Virus record (IMG/VR): IMGVR_UViG_3300049004_000110
Coordinates: 1 to 43,919 of that record
Source of the DNA: a virus
Taxonomy: Duplodnaviria; Caudoviricetes
Reading direction: 5' to 3' (one strand)
DNA length: 43,919 nt
Shown piece by piece: positions 36,472-43,919 of the stretch. The translations under genes were made by a program, and so were the position numbers. Under the pieces are notes generated by a model. The model did no database searches. It was not told the DNA's origin and saw nothing but the letters and a program-made list of their open reading frames with translations. The stretch's first letter is position 1. Each line of letters starts with the position of its first letter.

Positions 36472-37140
36472 ATGAAGAAAACAACATTGATTCTTTTGGG
36501 AGTTCTTATGGCGCTGCTGGTCAGCGTCGGCGCGTTCGCACAGCCAGTACCGGATGACGAACCGTTCACCAGCCCCGGAGGTTCGAGCGGCGGGAACGAT
36601 GGCTCAGGATGCCGGACGTGTTCGATCGCCGGCAATGAAGCCTCATGTGAGTTGCTGTTCACTGGCGACAGCTCATGGTGCTCGGACCACATGGAGTTCT
36701 GTCAAGAGGTTCGCGGGTACTCGGCATGCACCTCTCACTCAGTACCGCCAGGTTATTCAGGTCCGCCATATTGCACGATGAGTGGCACGTGCAGCGCCTA
36801 CGAATCCTGCGGCGGTTACCGCTGCGGGGGAAATGTAAGTCTAAAGAATCCCGTCGTCGGGCGGGACGCTGAAGATTCGATCGCCGGGATCGAATCTTTC
36901 CTCCGCCAGTCCGCAGTCATCAGCGACGCGGATTTGAACGACTTCATCGCGGCCACAGACTACTTGCTGCGCGGCGAACCATACGCTGCCGCGACGCAGA
37001 AGCGTCTACTGATCTACCGCGCCAAATTCAACCAACTCGTAGCGCTTGGTGATCCTCGGCGCGAACTAAAGCCGGGCGACATTCCAGTCATGCCGCACAA
37101 GCCCACAAAAGCTCCCGCGGCGGCCATCGCCGCGCGCTGA
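36472..37140 (+). CDS. Secreted Cys-rich protein (moron-like)
   Basis: Signal peptide MKKTTLILLGVLMALLVSVGAFA; 10 Cys clustered; AT-rich upstream region with TTGACT. Confidence 0.75.
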   Translation: MKKTTLILLGVLMALLVSVGAFAQPVPDDEPFTSPGGSSGGNDGSGCRTCSIAGNEASCELLFTGDSSWCSDHMEFCQEVRGYSACTSHSVPPGYSGPPYCTMSGTCSAYESCGGYRCGGNVSLKNPVVGRDAEDSIAGIESFLRQSAVISDADLNDFIAATDYLLRGEPYAAATQKRLLIYRAKFNQLVALGDPRRELKPGDIPVMPHKPTKAPAAAIAAR

Positions 37141-37199
37141 TCCAGTCACCCGCTTTAGTCAAGCGCAGAGGTCCTGGATCACCGCGAAAGGGAGGGTTT

Positions 37200-37760
37200 A
37201 TGGCAACGAAGAAGGCAGCATCGACGAAGACGGCGCCGGACGCACCGGCGATTCTCATCACGAATTGCGACGACGCCGACCGGTGGGGACTCGCGCTCGG
37301 ACAGGCGCGTCTGCAGCGCGAGGCGCTGCAGAACGAAGTGCATCAGAAGAAGACGGCCATCGACCAGGAGTACTGCGACCGCCTCGAAGAATTGGCGACG
37401 ACCGAGAACCACTTGCAGGCGGCGCTCGACGCGTTCGCTGCCAAGCATAAGCAGGCCGAGGACCTCAACTACATCCAGATCGTGAGCTCCGGTGGCGGCA
37501 ACGCGATCACCTACAACGTTGAGGAAGAGGAGCTGATTAAACGGCTCAAGCGCTCAACTGTCTGGAGCACGATCGTCAAGTCGACCGAGACGGTGGTGAA
37601 GCGCGATCTCGCGAAGATTCCCGAGAAGCTGCACGAGAAGTTCGGCTTCAGCTACGGCCCTTCGAAGATCACCTACTCGGTGAAGCCAAAGCTCGACCAG
37701 GTGCTCCTCTACGTTGAGCGCCATCGCACCTCGCGCACCTCACGCAAGTCGGCGAGGTAG
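37200..37760 (+). CDS. gam: Mu Gam-like host-nuclease inhibitor
   Basis: ITN.DDAD...L......E...N....I......L......L...L..FA..HK helical pattern; early region. Confidence 0.7.
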   Translation: MATKKAASTKTAPDAPAILITNCDDADRWGLALGQARLQREALQNEVHQKKTAIDQEYCDRLEELATTENHLQAALDAFAAKHKQAEDLNYIQIVSSGGGNAITYNVEEEELIKRLKRSTVWSTIVKSTETVVKRDLAKIPEKLHEKFGFSYGPSKITYSVKPKLDQVLLYVERHRTSRTSRKSAR

Positions 37761-37766
37761 CCACCA

Positions 37767-38159
37767 ATGAAAACGCGCATCAAAAAGCTCATCGACGAGC
37801 ACGTCATCCAACCACTCGCAAACGCCCTACTCACCCGCATCACGCCAGCAATTGAAGGAGGACTGAGAACCATGCAAGATGACCTGGATCTGATCAAAGA
37901 GAAGCTCGACAACCTCGCCGACGAGGTGCGCGCCTCGAAGGAACGCGCTGCCGCAGTGGACGCCCGCTTCGACAAGCTGCAGAAGTCGATCGACGAACAT
38001 CCGAACGCCGGTAGCGATTCGCGCCTCGCCGCGATCGCCGCGGAGATCGAAAGCATCCGCGGCGACGTCGCCGGCATCGCACCGGCGCCGGCCGCGGCGA
38101 CCCAGGCCGCAGCCGACGACTCCGGTAGCGGATCCGCCTCCAGCGACACGCAGCCCTGA
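37767..38159 (+). CDS. Coiled-coil hypothetical protein (start may be 37872)
   Basis: ORF track; GAAGGAGG before internal ATG. Confidence 0.55.
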   Translation: MKTRIKKLIDEHVIQPLANALLTRITPAIEGGLRTMQDDLDLIKEKLDNLADEVRASKERAAAVDARFDKLQKSIDEHPNAGSDSRLAAIAAEIESIRGDVAGIAPAPAAATQAAADDSGSGSASSDTQP

Positions 38160-38196
38160 ACACCAGCTACGTCGATGAGCAAATCCAATTCGGGAG

Positions 38197-38721
38197 GTGG
38201 TCGCTAGCGATAAAAAAACAAGCGAAATCCGGCCGCGTGCCGCAGACAGATTTGCCCCGTCAGATGTGGAAATCGAGCGGTTGGCACTTCAAGTCTCGCG
38301 AAAGAAAGCGTCACGCGGCCGGATCGATCGGAGGTGCCTCTCCGGTCCTGATGAGCAGGCAAACGGGAACCCTCAAATGAAGACCTTCTGTGAGTGTAAA
38401 TGCGATCGAAAGCGGCATCGGCCGAGAGCCTTTAAGGACTTCACCGGCTCCTGTTTCGACTGCCCCTGCTCCGCGATGCGGCCGGATCGGTTTGAGCTGT
38501 ACGTGGGCGAGCTCCGCATCCTCCGCCACATCAGCGAGAGCTCAAAGATCGGCCGCGACGAGCTTTCCCTTCAACTTCATGACGATCCCGCATGCGGTGC
38601 GCTCGGCGCGATCCTCCGCAACCTCGCGACCGCCTCATTCGTGCAGTTCGAATCGCAGAACTGCGTGGCCGCCACGCCGGCGGGACGCGCCTACCTCAAG
38701 GAGCACCCGACCAATGGCTGA
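38197..38721 (+). CDS. Cys-rich plus winged-helix-like hypothetical protein (start uncertain)
   Basis: CECKC..H..C..CPC then wHTH-like C-terminus (ATPAGRAYL). Confidence 0.5.
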   Translation: MVASDKKTSEIRPRAADRFAPSDVEIERLALQVSRKKASRGRIDRRCLSGPDEQANGNPQMKTFCECKCDRKRHRPRAFKDFTGSCFDCPCSAMRPDRFELYVGELRILRHISESSKIGRDELSLQLHDDPACGALGAILRNLATASFVQFESQNCVAATPAGRAYLKEHPTNG

Positions 38722-38983
38722 TTACGTTCCTACGGGCCGCCAGTTGGTCATCCTCAGCCATGTTGCGGCACACATCGCGGTGCGACGCGAGAACCTCATC
38801 ACGGGCGACCTCTGCACGGACCTCTCGACGTCGATCGACATCAACGAGCTGACGACGGCTGGCTTGCTGGTCTACGTTCCTGACGACCAGGTATTTCGTT
38901 GCACCCGCGAAGCACGGCACTGGGTCTTCGCGCACCAGAACTGGCGCGCGGCCCTGCGTCCGACGTTCCGAGGTGGCCATTGA
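38714..38983 (+). CDS. Small winged-helix-like protein
   Basis: AAGGAG RBS; PTGRQLVIL..INELTTAGLL. Confidence 0.55.
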   Translation: MADYVPTGRQLVILSHVAAHIAVRRENLITGDLCTDLSTSIDINELTTAGLLVYVPDDQVFRCTREARHWVFAHQNWRAALRPTFRGGH

Positions 38984-39372
38984 CCGCCGTCGAGCAGCTC
39001 GCGATTCGCGATAGCGCCGCGCGACGTCGAGCGGTGGCCGTCCTCGCGGCAATTCGCAAATGCAAAGGCCGCGCGGCCGCGGTGTCGATGCGAACGATCG
39101 CCGAGCAGACGGAGATCCGCGAGCGCGACATCCAGGCGATCGTCAAAGCACTCGTAGAGGAGCGTCACTTCCCGATCGGCACGTCGACAAAGAAGCCGTT
39201 CGGCTACTTCTGGATCGTCACCGACGAGGAGCGCCGCACTGTCCGCAATCAATTCATCCGGCGCGGCGCATCGACGCTCGCGCACGCCCGCGCATTCGAC
39301 AACGAGCAGCTCGTCGCGCCGATCGTCGGCCAGCTCGAGCTCGCGCTCCAGGAAGAGGAGACAAAGCCGTGA
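38980..39372 (+). CDS. HTH DNA-binding protein
   Basis: GRAAAVSMRTIAEQTEIRERDIQAIVKAL...PIGTS....GYF. Confidence 0.65.
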   Translation: MTAVEQLAIRDSAARRRAVAVLAAIRKCKGRAAAVSMRTIAEQTEIRERDIQAIVKALVEERHFPIGTSTKKPFGYFWIVTDEERRTVRNQFIRRGASTLAHARAFDNEQLVAPIVGQLELALQEEETKP

Positions 39373-39569
39373 AGCGAACTCTCAAAACCTCCGGCGCAAG
39401 GCCATCGAAGTGCGTCCGCTGCCTCGGCGACGTCAATCTCGAAAATTACCTCCGCAACGACCACGTGTGTGACTCCTGCGCCGAGCTCCTGCCGGCGGAG
39501 ATCTACAAAAACCGCTCAAACACCAATGAGCAATCCGCGGCCTTGGCCGCAATGGAGACGACGGCATGA
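39369..39569 (+). CDS. Small zinc-finger protein
   Basis: CVRC...CDSC; GAGGAG RBS. Confidence 0.55.
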   Translation: MKRTLKTSGARPSKCVRCLGDVNLENYLRNDHVCDSCAELLPAEIYKNRSNTNEQSAALAAMETTA

Positions 39570-40375
39570 CTACGACTACTGTTTCCCGCCCTGATCCCAA
39601 CCAGCCGCTCACGCCTGACCAACTGGCGCTGATTTCTCTTAGGTGTGGAGCGCATTCCAGCCGGGAGGCCGGTGTCTGTCTGCTGGAAGCAGAAGCATGG
39701 GCGGCTGGCAAGCCGCACACGGATAGCGACGTCGACGTTTCGCCAGTCCTCGCCTCTTTCTGCCGCTCGCTCAACGACCGACTGGCGACCGACGAGGAGC
39801 GCGATCTACTCAAACCGCTCGTCTTCAAGCTGATCAACACGCGGCGATCGGCAGCGATCGAAAAGCAGCGCCTTTACGCGATCGGCGACTGGTCGCTACG
39901 CGATACGCTGCCCGCGCTTCTCGAACTCGCGGCCGTTCCTGAATTACTGCCGTTCGCCGTGGAATTGCGTGCGCTGCCGGCGATCGTTGATTGTGCGACG
40001 ACCGACGCAGCTAGGGAGGTAATCGCCCGCGCCCGCGCCCGCGCCCTCGACCTCGACCTCGACCTCGACCGCGCCCTCGCCCGCGCCCTCGACCTCGACC
40101 GCGCCCGCGACCGCGCCCTCGACCGCGCCCTCGACCTCGACCTCGACCTCGCCCTCGCCCTCGCCCGCGCCCTCGACCTCGACCGCGCCCGCGCCCTCGA
40201 CCTCGACCGCGCCCTCGCCCTCGCCCGCGCCCTCGACCTCGCCCTCGCCCTCGACCGCGCCCTCGACCGCGACCGCGCCCGCGACCGCGACCTCTATAAA
40301 AAAAATTCGCGCGAGTGGAGAGAGCAGCGTGTGCGCTCTGCCGTCGTTCTCATCACCGGCCTGTGCGAGCTATAG
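39566..40375 (+). CDS. Phage protein with 90-aa A/D-R/L dipeptide tract
   Basis: GAHSS..GVCLLEA.AW.AG.PH.D...SPVL..F.RSLND domain followed by repeat. Confidence 0.75.
   Translation: MTTTTVSRPDPNQPLTPDQLALISLRCGAHSSREAGVCLLEAEAWAAGKPHTDSDVDVSPVLASFCRSLNDRLATDEERDLLKPLVFKLINTRRSAAIEKQRLYAIGDWSLRDTLPALLELAAVPELLPFAVELRALPAIVDCATTDAAREVIARARARALDLDLDLDRALARALDLDRARDRALDRALDLDLDLALALARALDLDRARALDLDRALALARALDLALALDRALDRDRARDRDLYKKNSREWREQRVRSAVVLITGLCEL
40025..40294 (+). repeat. 45 tandem hexamers G[A/C]CC[G/T]C
   Basis: 270 bp made only of GCCCGC, GCCCTC, GACCTC, GACCGC. Confidence 0.95.
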
Positions 40376-40388
40376 ATCAGGCACCGGT

Positions 40389-40670
40389 ATGACGTTCCCG
40401 CCCAATCCCATCTACGTCGTTCACGCGTTCCAGCCGGCTGGCTGGAACGCGTACTTCTGCACCTACTGCAGCGAGCCGAAAGCGTTTCATAAGTCCTGCG
40501 GTCACGCTTATGTCGCCATCGGCTGCGAGACCTGCACAGCCGCGATCTTCTCGAAAAAAGAAGCGTCGATGCGCCGGCAGCGAAACCTCAACGCGATGCG
40601 CCGGCGCCGCGTCTCCGTAGGTGGCCGGCCGGGTGCTGACCAGACGTCGTCGAAGGGGACGGAGTCATGA
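40389..40670 (+). CDS. Small zinc-finger protein
   Basis: CTYC..H.SCGH..CETC. Confidence 0.55.
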   Translation: MTFPPNPIYVVHAFQPAGWNAYFCTYCSEPKAFHKSCGHAYVAIGCETCTAAIFSKKEASMRRQRNLNAMRRRRVSVGGRPGADQTSSKGTES

Positions 40671-41446
40671 ACTTCGTCGCCGAACTCCTCGATATAAAGC
40701 GGCGAGTCGCAGAGCTGGAGAAATTGTTCTTCGGCTTAGAACCTCCGCCGCGGTCCTCACGCGTTTCAGAGTCAGAGCCTCGCTTCCGCGCAGGGAAACG
40801 CCTGTGGAGTCCGGAGGACGACACATTGCTTTGCGAACGTTACCCGCACGAAGCAACGCAAACGCTTGCGGTGGCGCTGCGTCGCACGCTCAGTTCCGTG
40901 TTGGGGCGCGCCGCAAACCTTGGCCTCAAGAAGACAAGTGAATATCTCGCCGGTCTGGCTGCAGCATCGAAACTGCGCGAGGCTGGAGCGGTCTTCCGCT
41001 TCGGTAAGGGTCACGTTCCAGCAAACAAGGGGTTACGGCGTCCCGGCTATGCGCCGGGGCGGATGCGCGAGACGCAGTTCAGGAAAGGACAACTCCCGCC
41101 GAATCACATGCCGATCGGCAGCACAAGGCTCGTCGGCGGTTACCTCTATCGCAAGATCTCGGACACACGGCACGTCCCATGGACGCGGAACTGGGTGGTC
41201 GAGCACGTTCGCCTGTGGGAGGAAGTAAACGGACCGCTGCCCAAAGGGCACGCGCTCGCGTTCAAGAACGGCGACAGGACGGACCTCCGTCTCGACAACA
41301 TTGAGTGCTTCACGCGCCGCGAGTTGATGGCGCGGAACAGCGTCCACAACCTGCCAAAGGAACTTCGAAGCACGATCCAGCTCCTAGGTGCGCTGAATCG
41401 CCAGATCAACAGGAGGAGTCGCCATGACAGCGAAGAACAAAATTGA
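40667..41446 (+). CDS. HNH endonuclease-family protein
   Basis: F.KGHVP.NKG, ETQFRKG, EHVRLWEEVNGPLPKGH...FKNGDRTD..LDN. Confidence 0.85.
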   Translation: MNFVAELLDIKRRVAELEKLFFGLEPPPRSSRVSESEPRFRAGKRLWSPEDDTLLCERYPHEATQTLAVALRRTLSSVLGRAANLGLKKTSEYLAGLAAASKLREAGAVFRFGKGHVPANKGLRRPGYAPGRMRETQFRKGQLPPNHMPIGSTRLVGGYLYRKISDTRHVPWTRNWVVEHVRLWEEVNGPLPKGHALAFKNGDRTDLRLDNIECFTRRELMARNSVHNLPKELRSTIQLLGALNRQINRRSRHDSEEQN

Positions 41447-41687
41447 GGATTTGAGGAATCACCTCTTCGAAACGTTGGAGGCTTTGCGGAGCGAAGAAAA
41501 ACCGATGGATATAGAGAGAGCGAAAGCTATTGCAGACGTCTCTCGTGTGATCGTCGATAGCGCAAAGGTTGAAGTTCGGTTCTTGGAAGTGACAGGCGCT
41601 CAACGAGCGACGGATTTCCTTCCGCTCGAAGAAGAAGCGGATGAAAACCAAGCGTCCCTTCCGGCACGCCGTGGTGGCTCGCGATGA
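41424..41687 (+). CDS. Conserved small phage protein
   Basis: KNKIEDLRNHLFETLE..IERAKAI; AGGAGGAG RBS. Confidence 0.7.
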   Translation: MTAKNKIEDLRNHLFETLEALRSEEKPMDIERAKAIADVSRVIVDSAKVEVRFLEVTGAQRATDFLPLEEEADENQASLPARRGGSR

Positions 41688-42109
41688 AGGCTGTCGCCGA
41701 GTTGATGGCCTGGCTGGAGGGGGCCGAAGAGGAGTTGGGTGATCCCTCGCAAGCTGTCACTCAAATCTTCGTTCGCTACCAGGCAATCCGCACAGCATCG
41801 GACGATCTAGTTGCTACGTTCGAGAAAGACGCGTTGCTGTTCTTTCCATTCGGCCTAGACCCTCGTGGAGTCGACCCCGCCGCGGCAATCCCTCTGGCTG
41901 TGAGCACAGAAGGGCCGAAGATCGGGCCGAGCGATGACGGTTTTTCGCCGTTAAGTGAAGACGTACTGCTGGCCTTTGGTGTGGAGCGCGTTTGCGATGG
42001 GGTTTGGTCACTGACGCCGTCGCTCAACATGCCTGACGTGATGCACGTCTTCGTCGTCGTTTACGACGTCCCCACGCCAGCGCCGTGGGAACGCCGAGTC
42101 ATCGGATGA
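41684..42109 (+). CDS. Hypothetical protein
   Basis: ATGA coupling both sides. Confidence 0.6.
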   Translation: MKAVAELMAWLEGAEEELGDPSQAVTQIFVRYQAIRTASDDLVATFEKDALLFFPFGLDPRGVDPAAAIPLAVSTEGPKIGPSDDGFSPLSEDVLLAFGVERVCDGVWSLTPSLNMPDVMHVFVVVYDVPTPAPWERRVIG

Positions 42110-43500
42110 CCGTCGCGCAACTCGACGTCGCTCTCGATCGACCGCTGCCGCAGTCTCCTGACGCGGAGCGCGCCGTCCTGGGATCGATCCTCATCAACAA
42201 CCACGCGTTTTATCGCGTGGTCAGCACGATCACCACGGACGATTTCTTCCGCGATGCTCATCGCACAATCTTCGCGACGATGCGGCGCCTGGCGGATCAA
42301 AGCCGAGAGATCGACTTATTGACCCTGCGCGAGGAGCTTTCGAAGAATTCTCAGCTCGAGGAAGTTGGCGGGACCGCGTATGTGTCGTCGCTGGTCGACG
42401 GCATCCCCGACGTTGCCAACGTCGAGCGCTACGCACATATCGTCAAAGAGAAGTCGATGCTGCGGCGGCTGATCGTGATGGGGAACTCCGTCATGCGTGC
42501 CGCGCTCGATTCTCCTGGTGAACCAGCGGACGTGCTCAACATCGCCGAGAGGTCAATCTATGAGATCGCGGAGGGCTCGATCGAGAAAGGCTTCGTCGCG
42601 CTCGACCGGATCACGCGCTCGAATATGACGGCGATCGAGCAGCTGCAGCACGCTGGAAAACTCATCACCGGCATCCCCACCGGTTACGACCGCTTTAACG
42701 AATTCACGTCCGGATTCCAGCTTCAGGACCTGATCATCATCGCGGCGAGACCGAGCATGGGAAAGACGGCCTGGGCGATGAATATCGCCGAGTCGATCAC
42801 CATCCCCGACCGATCTGGCGAGCCGCGGCCGCCGTCGCAGCGACTGTACGCCGTTGGTTTCTTTTCGCTGGAAATGTCGAAGGAGCAGATCGGGCTGCGC
42901 ATCCTTTCGTCGGAGTCGGGTGTCTCGAATCACCTCATTCGCGCGGGGATGCTCAGCGAGCGGAACTGGCGCGATCTCGCCGACGCCTCGGCGCGGCTGG
43001 CGAAGGCGAAGATCTTCATCGACGACACGCCCGGCATCGACGTCATGGAGATGCGCGCCAAGGCACGGCGGCTGAAGATGGAAGCGGGCCTCGACCTGAT
43101 CATCGTCGATTACCTGCAGCTGATGTCGGTGAAGGGGAAGGTCGAGTCGCGCAACCAGGAGGTTTCGCAGATCTCACGCGGACTGAAAGCGATTGCGAAG
43201 GAACTGAACGTGCCGCTCATCGCGCTGTCGCAGCTTTCACGGCGTCCCGAGCAGCGCACCGGCGATCACCGCCCGCAGCTCTCCGATCTTCGCGAGTCCG
43301 GATCAATCGAGCAGGACGCCGACGTCGTCTGCTTCATCTACCGCGATGAGGTCTACAACAAAGACACCGAGGAGAAGGGGATCGCCGAGATCATCATCGG
43401 CAAACAGCGCAACGGACCGATCGGCGACTTCAAGCTCGTGTTCCGCAACGACATCACTAAATTCTTTAACTACGAACCGACGCCGGACTACAACGCATGA
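42106..43500 (+). CDS. dnaB: Replicative DNA helicase
   Basis: AERAVLG, AARPSMGKT, FSLEMS, IIVDYLQLM, LSDLRESGSIEQDAD, KQRNGP. Confidence 0.97.
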   Translation: MTVAQLDVALDRPLPQSPDAERAVLGSILINNHAFYRVVSTITTDDFFRDAHRTIFATMRRLADQSREIDLLTLREELSKNSQLEEVGGTAYVSSLVDGIPDVANVERYAHIVKEKSMLRRLIVMGNSVMRAALDSPGEPADVLNIAERSIYEIAEGSIEKGFVALDRITRSNMTAIEQLQHAGKLITGIPTGYDRFNEFTSGFQLQDLIIIAARPSMGKTAWAMNIAESITIPDRSGEPRPPSQRLYAVGFFSLEMSKEQIGLRILSSESGVSNHLIRAGMLSERNWRDLADASARLAKAKIFIDDTPGIDVMEMRAKARRLKMEAGLDLIIVDYLQLMSVKGKVESRNQEVSQISRGLKAIAKELNVPLIALSQLSRRPEQRTGDHRPQLSDLRESGSIEQDADVVCFIYRDEVYNKDTEEKGIAEIIIGKQRNGPIGDFKLVFRNDITKFFNYEPTPDYNA

Positions 43501-43919
43501 TCTCAAACGCTCAGAAGACGCTCCTTCACGTGGCCGTTTCGAAGCTGAACCTCGACGACGACACCTATCGCGCTCTCCTCAACGCGGAAGCCGGAGTGAC
43601 GTCATCGAAGGACCTCGACAACGCCGGAATGAATCGCGTTCTCAAGCGCCTCGAGCAGCTCGGGTTCAAGAACACGGCACACCGTCCGCTGCGCCGCCGT
43701 CCGAACGCCGGCGCGCTCCGTACCGACGAACAAACCGCCCTCATCGCGAAGCTATATGGCGACCTCGAATGGGCGTCTGACGCACAGCAGATGGGCTTCA
43801 ATAAGAAGTGCTGCGGCAAGTCGTGGCCGCAGACGCGCTCCGACGCCACGAAGGTCATTCTCGGCCTCGAACGCTACATCGCCTGGCGACGTGAACATCC
43901 GTCCTCGCCGGTCCGCTGA
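43497..43919 (+). CDS. gemA: Mu GemA/gp16 (DUF1018) protein
   Basis: LHVA..KLNLDDDTYRALL...GVTSSKDL...VL..L...GF. Confidence 0.88.
   Translation: MISNAQKTLLHVAVSKLNLDDDTYRALLNAEAGVTSSKDLDNAGMNRVLKRLEQLGFKNTAHRPLRRRPNAGALRTDEQTALIAKLYGDLEWASDAQQMGFNKKCCGKSWPQTRSDATKVILGLERYIAWRREHPSSPVR

Larger units (their letters stand above)
1..43919. mobile_element. Mu-like transposable (pro)phage, siphovirus-type tail, divergent early/late arms; termini outside window
   Basis: MuA DDE transposase, MuB ATPase, Gam, GemA, DUF3486, DUF935 portal, MuF, Mu protease and a long-tail gene set in one continuous block. Confidence 0.95.

Noticed and set aside
40025-40294. CRISPR array or DGR variable region
   Set aside because: No spacers, no cas or reverse transcriptase gene, no template repeat; it is an in-frame coding hexamer tract
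1-43919. Mu ends (TG...CA), Gin invertible segment, mom, Mor/C, tRNA or rRNA genes
   Set aside because: None recognisable; the window starts and ends at stop codons so terminal features are probably outside it

Overview
The window is almost entirely one GC-rich Mu-like transposable (pro)phage with a non-contractile (sipho-type) tail, cut at gene boundaries so the element ends are not visible. Late genes run leftward from ~26.3 kb: regulator, secreted/lysis genes, DUF3486 TerS, lambda-GpA-type TerL, DUF935 portal, MuF, protease, decoration protein, a broken capsid gene, connectors, lysozyme, tail tube, frameshifted chaperone, tape measure and tail tip. Early genes run rightward from 29.4 kb: Cro/Ner-like, MuA, MuB, Gam, HNH, DnaB and GemA. 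This divergent layout is B3/BcepMu-like. The most interesting part is the immunity region. A repressor lacking a recognisable S24 peptidase domain is translationally coupled to a stand-alone TPR protein, which faces an unannotated 58-aa secreted pro-peptide gene (27355-27531). Together these suggest a peptide-sensing (RRNPP/arbitrium-like) lysis-lysogeny switch in a phage of a probably diderm host. The host guess (Acidobacteriota-like) is inference only. Other notable items are an apparent deletion joining the capsid gene to gp36, a 45-unit binary hexamer array, several structured RNAs, and an antisense two-gene cassette in the late operon. All family calls come from motif recognition by eye; no searches were run.
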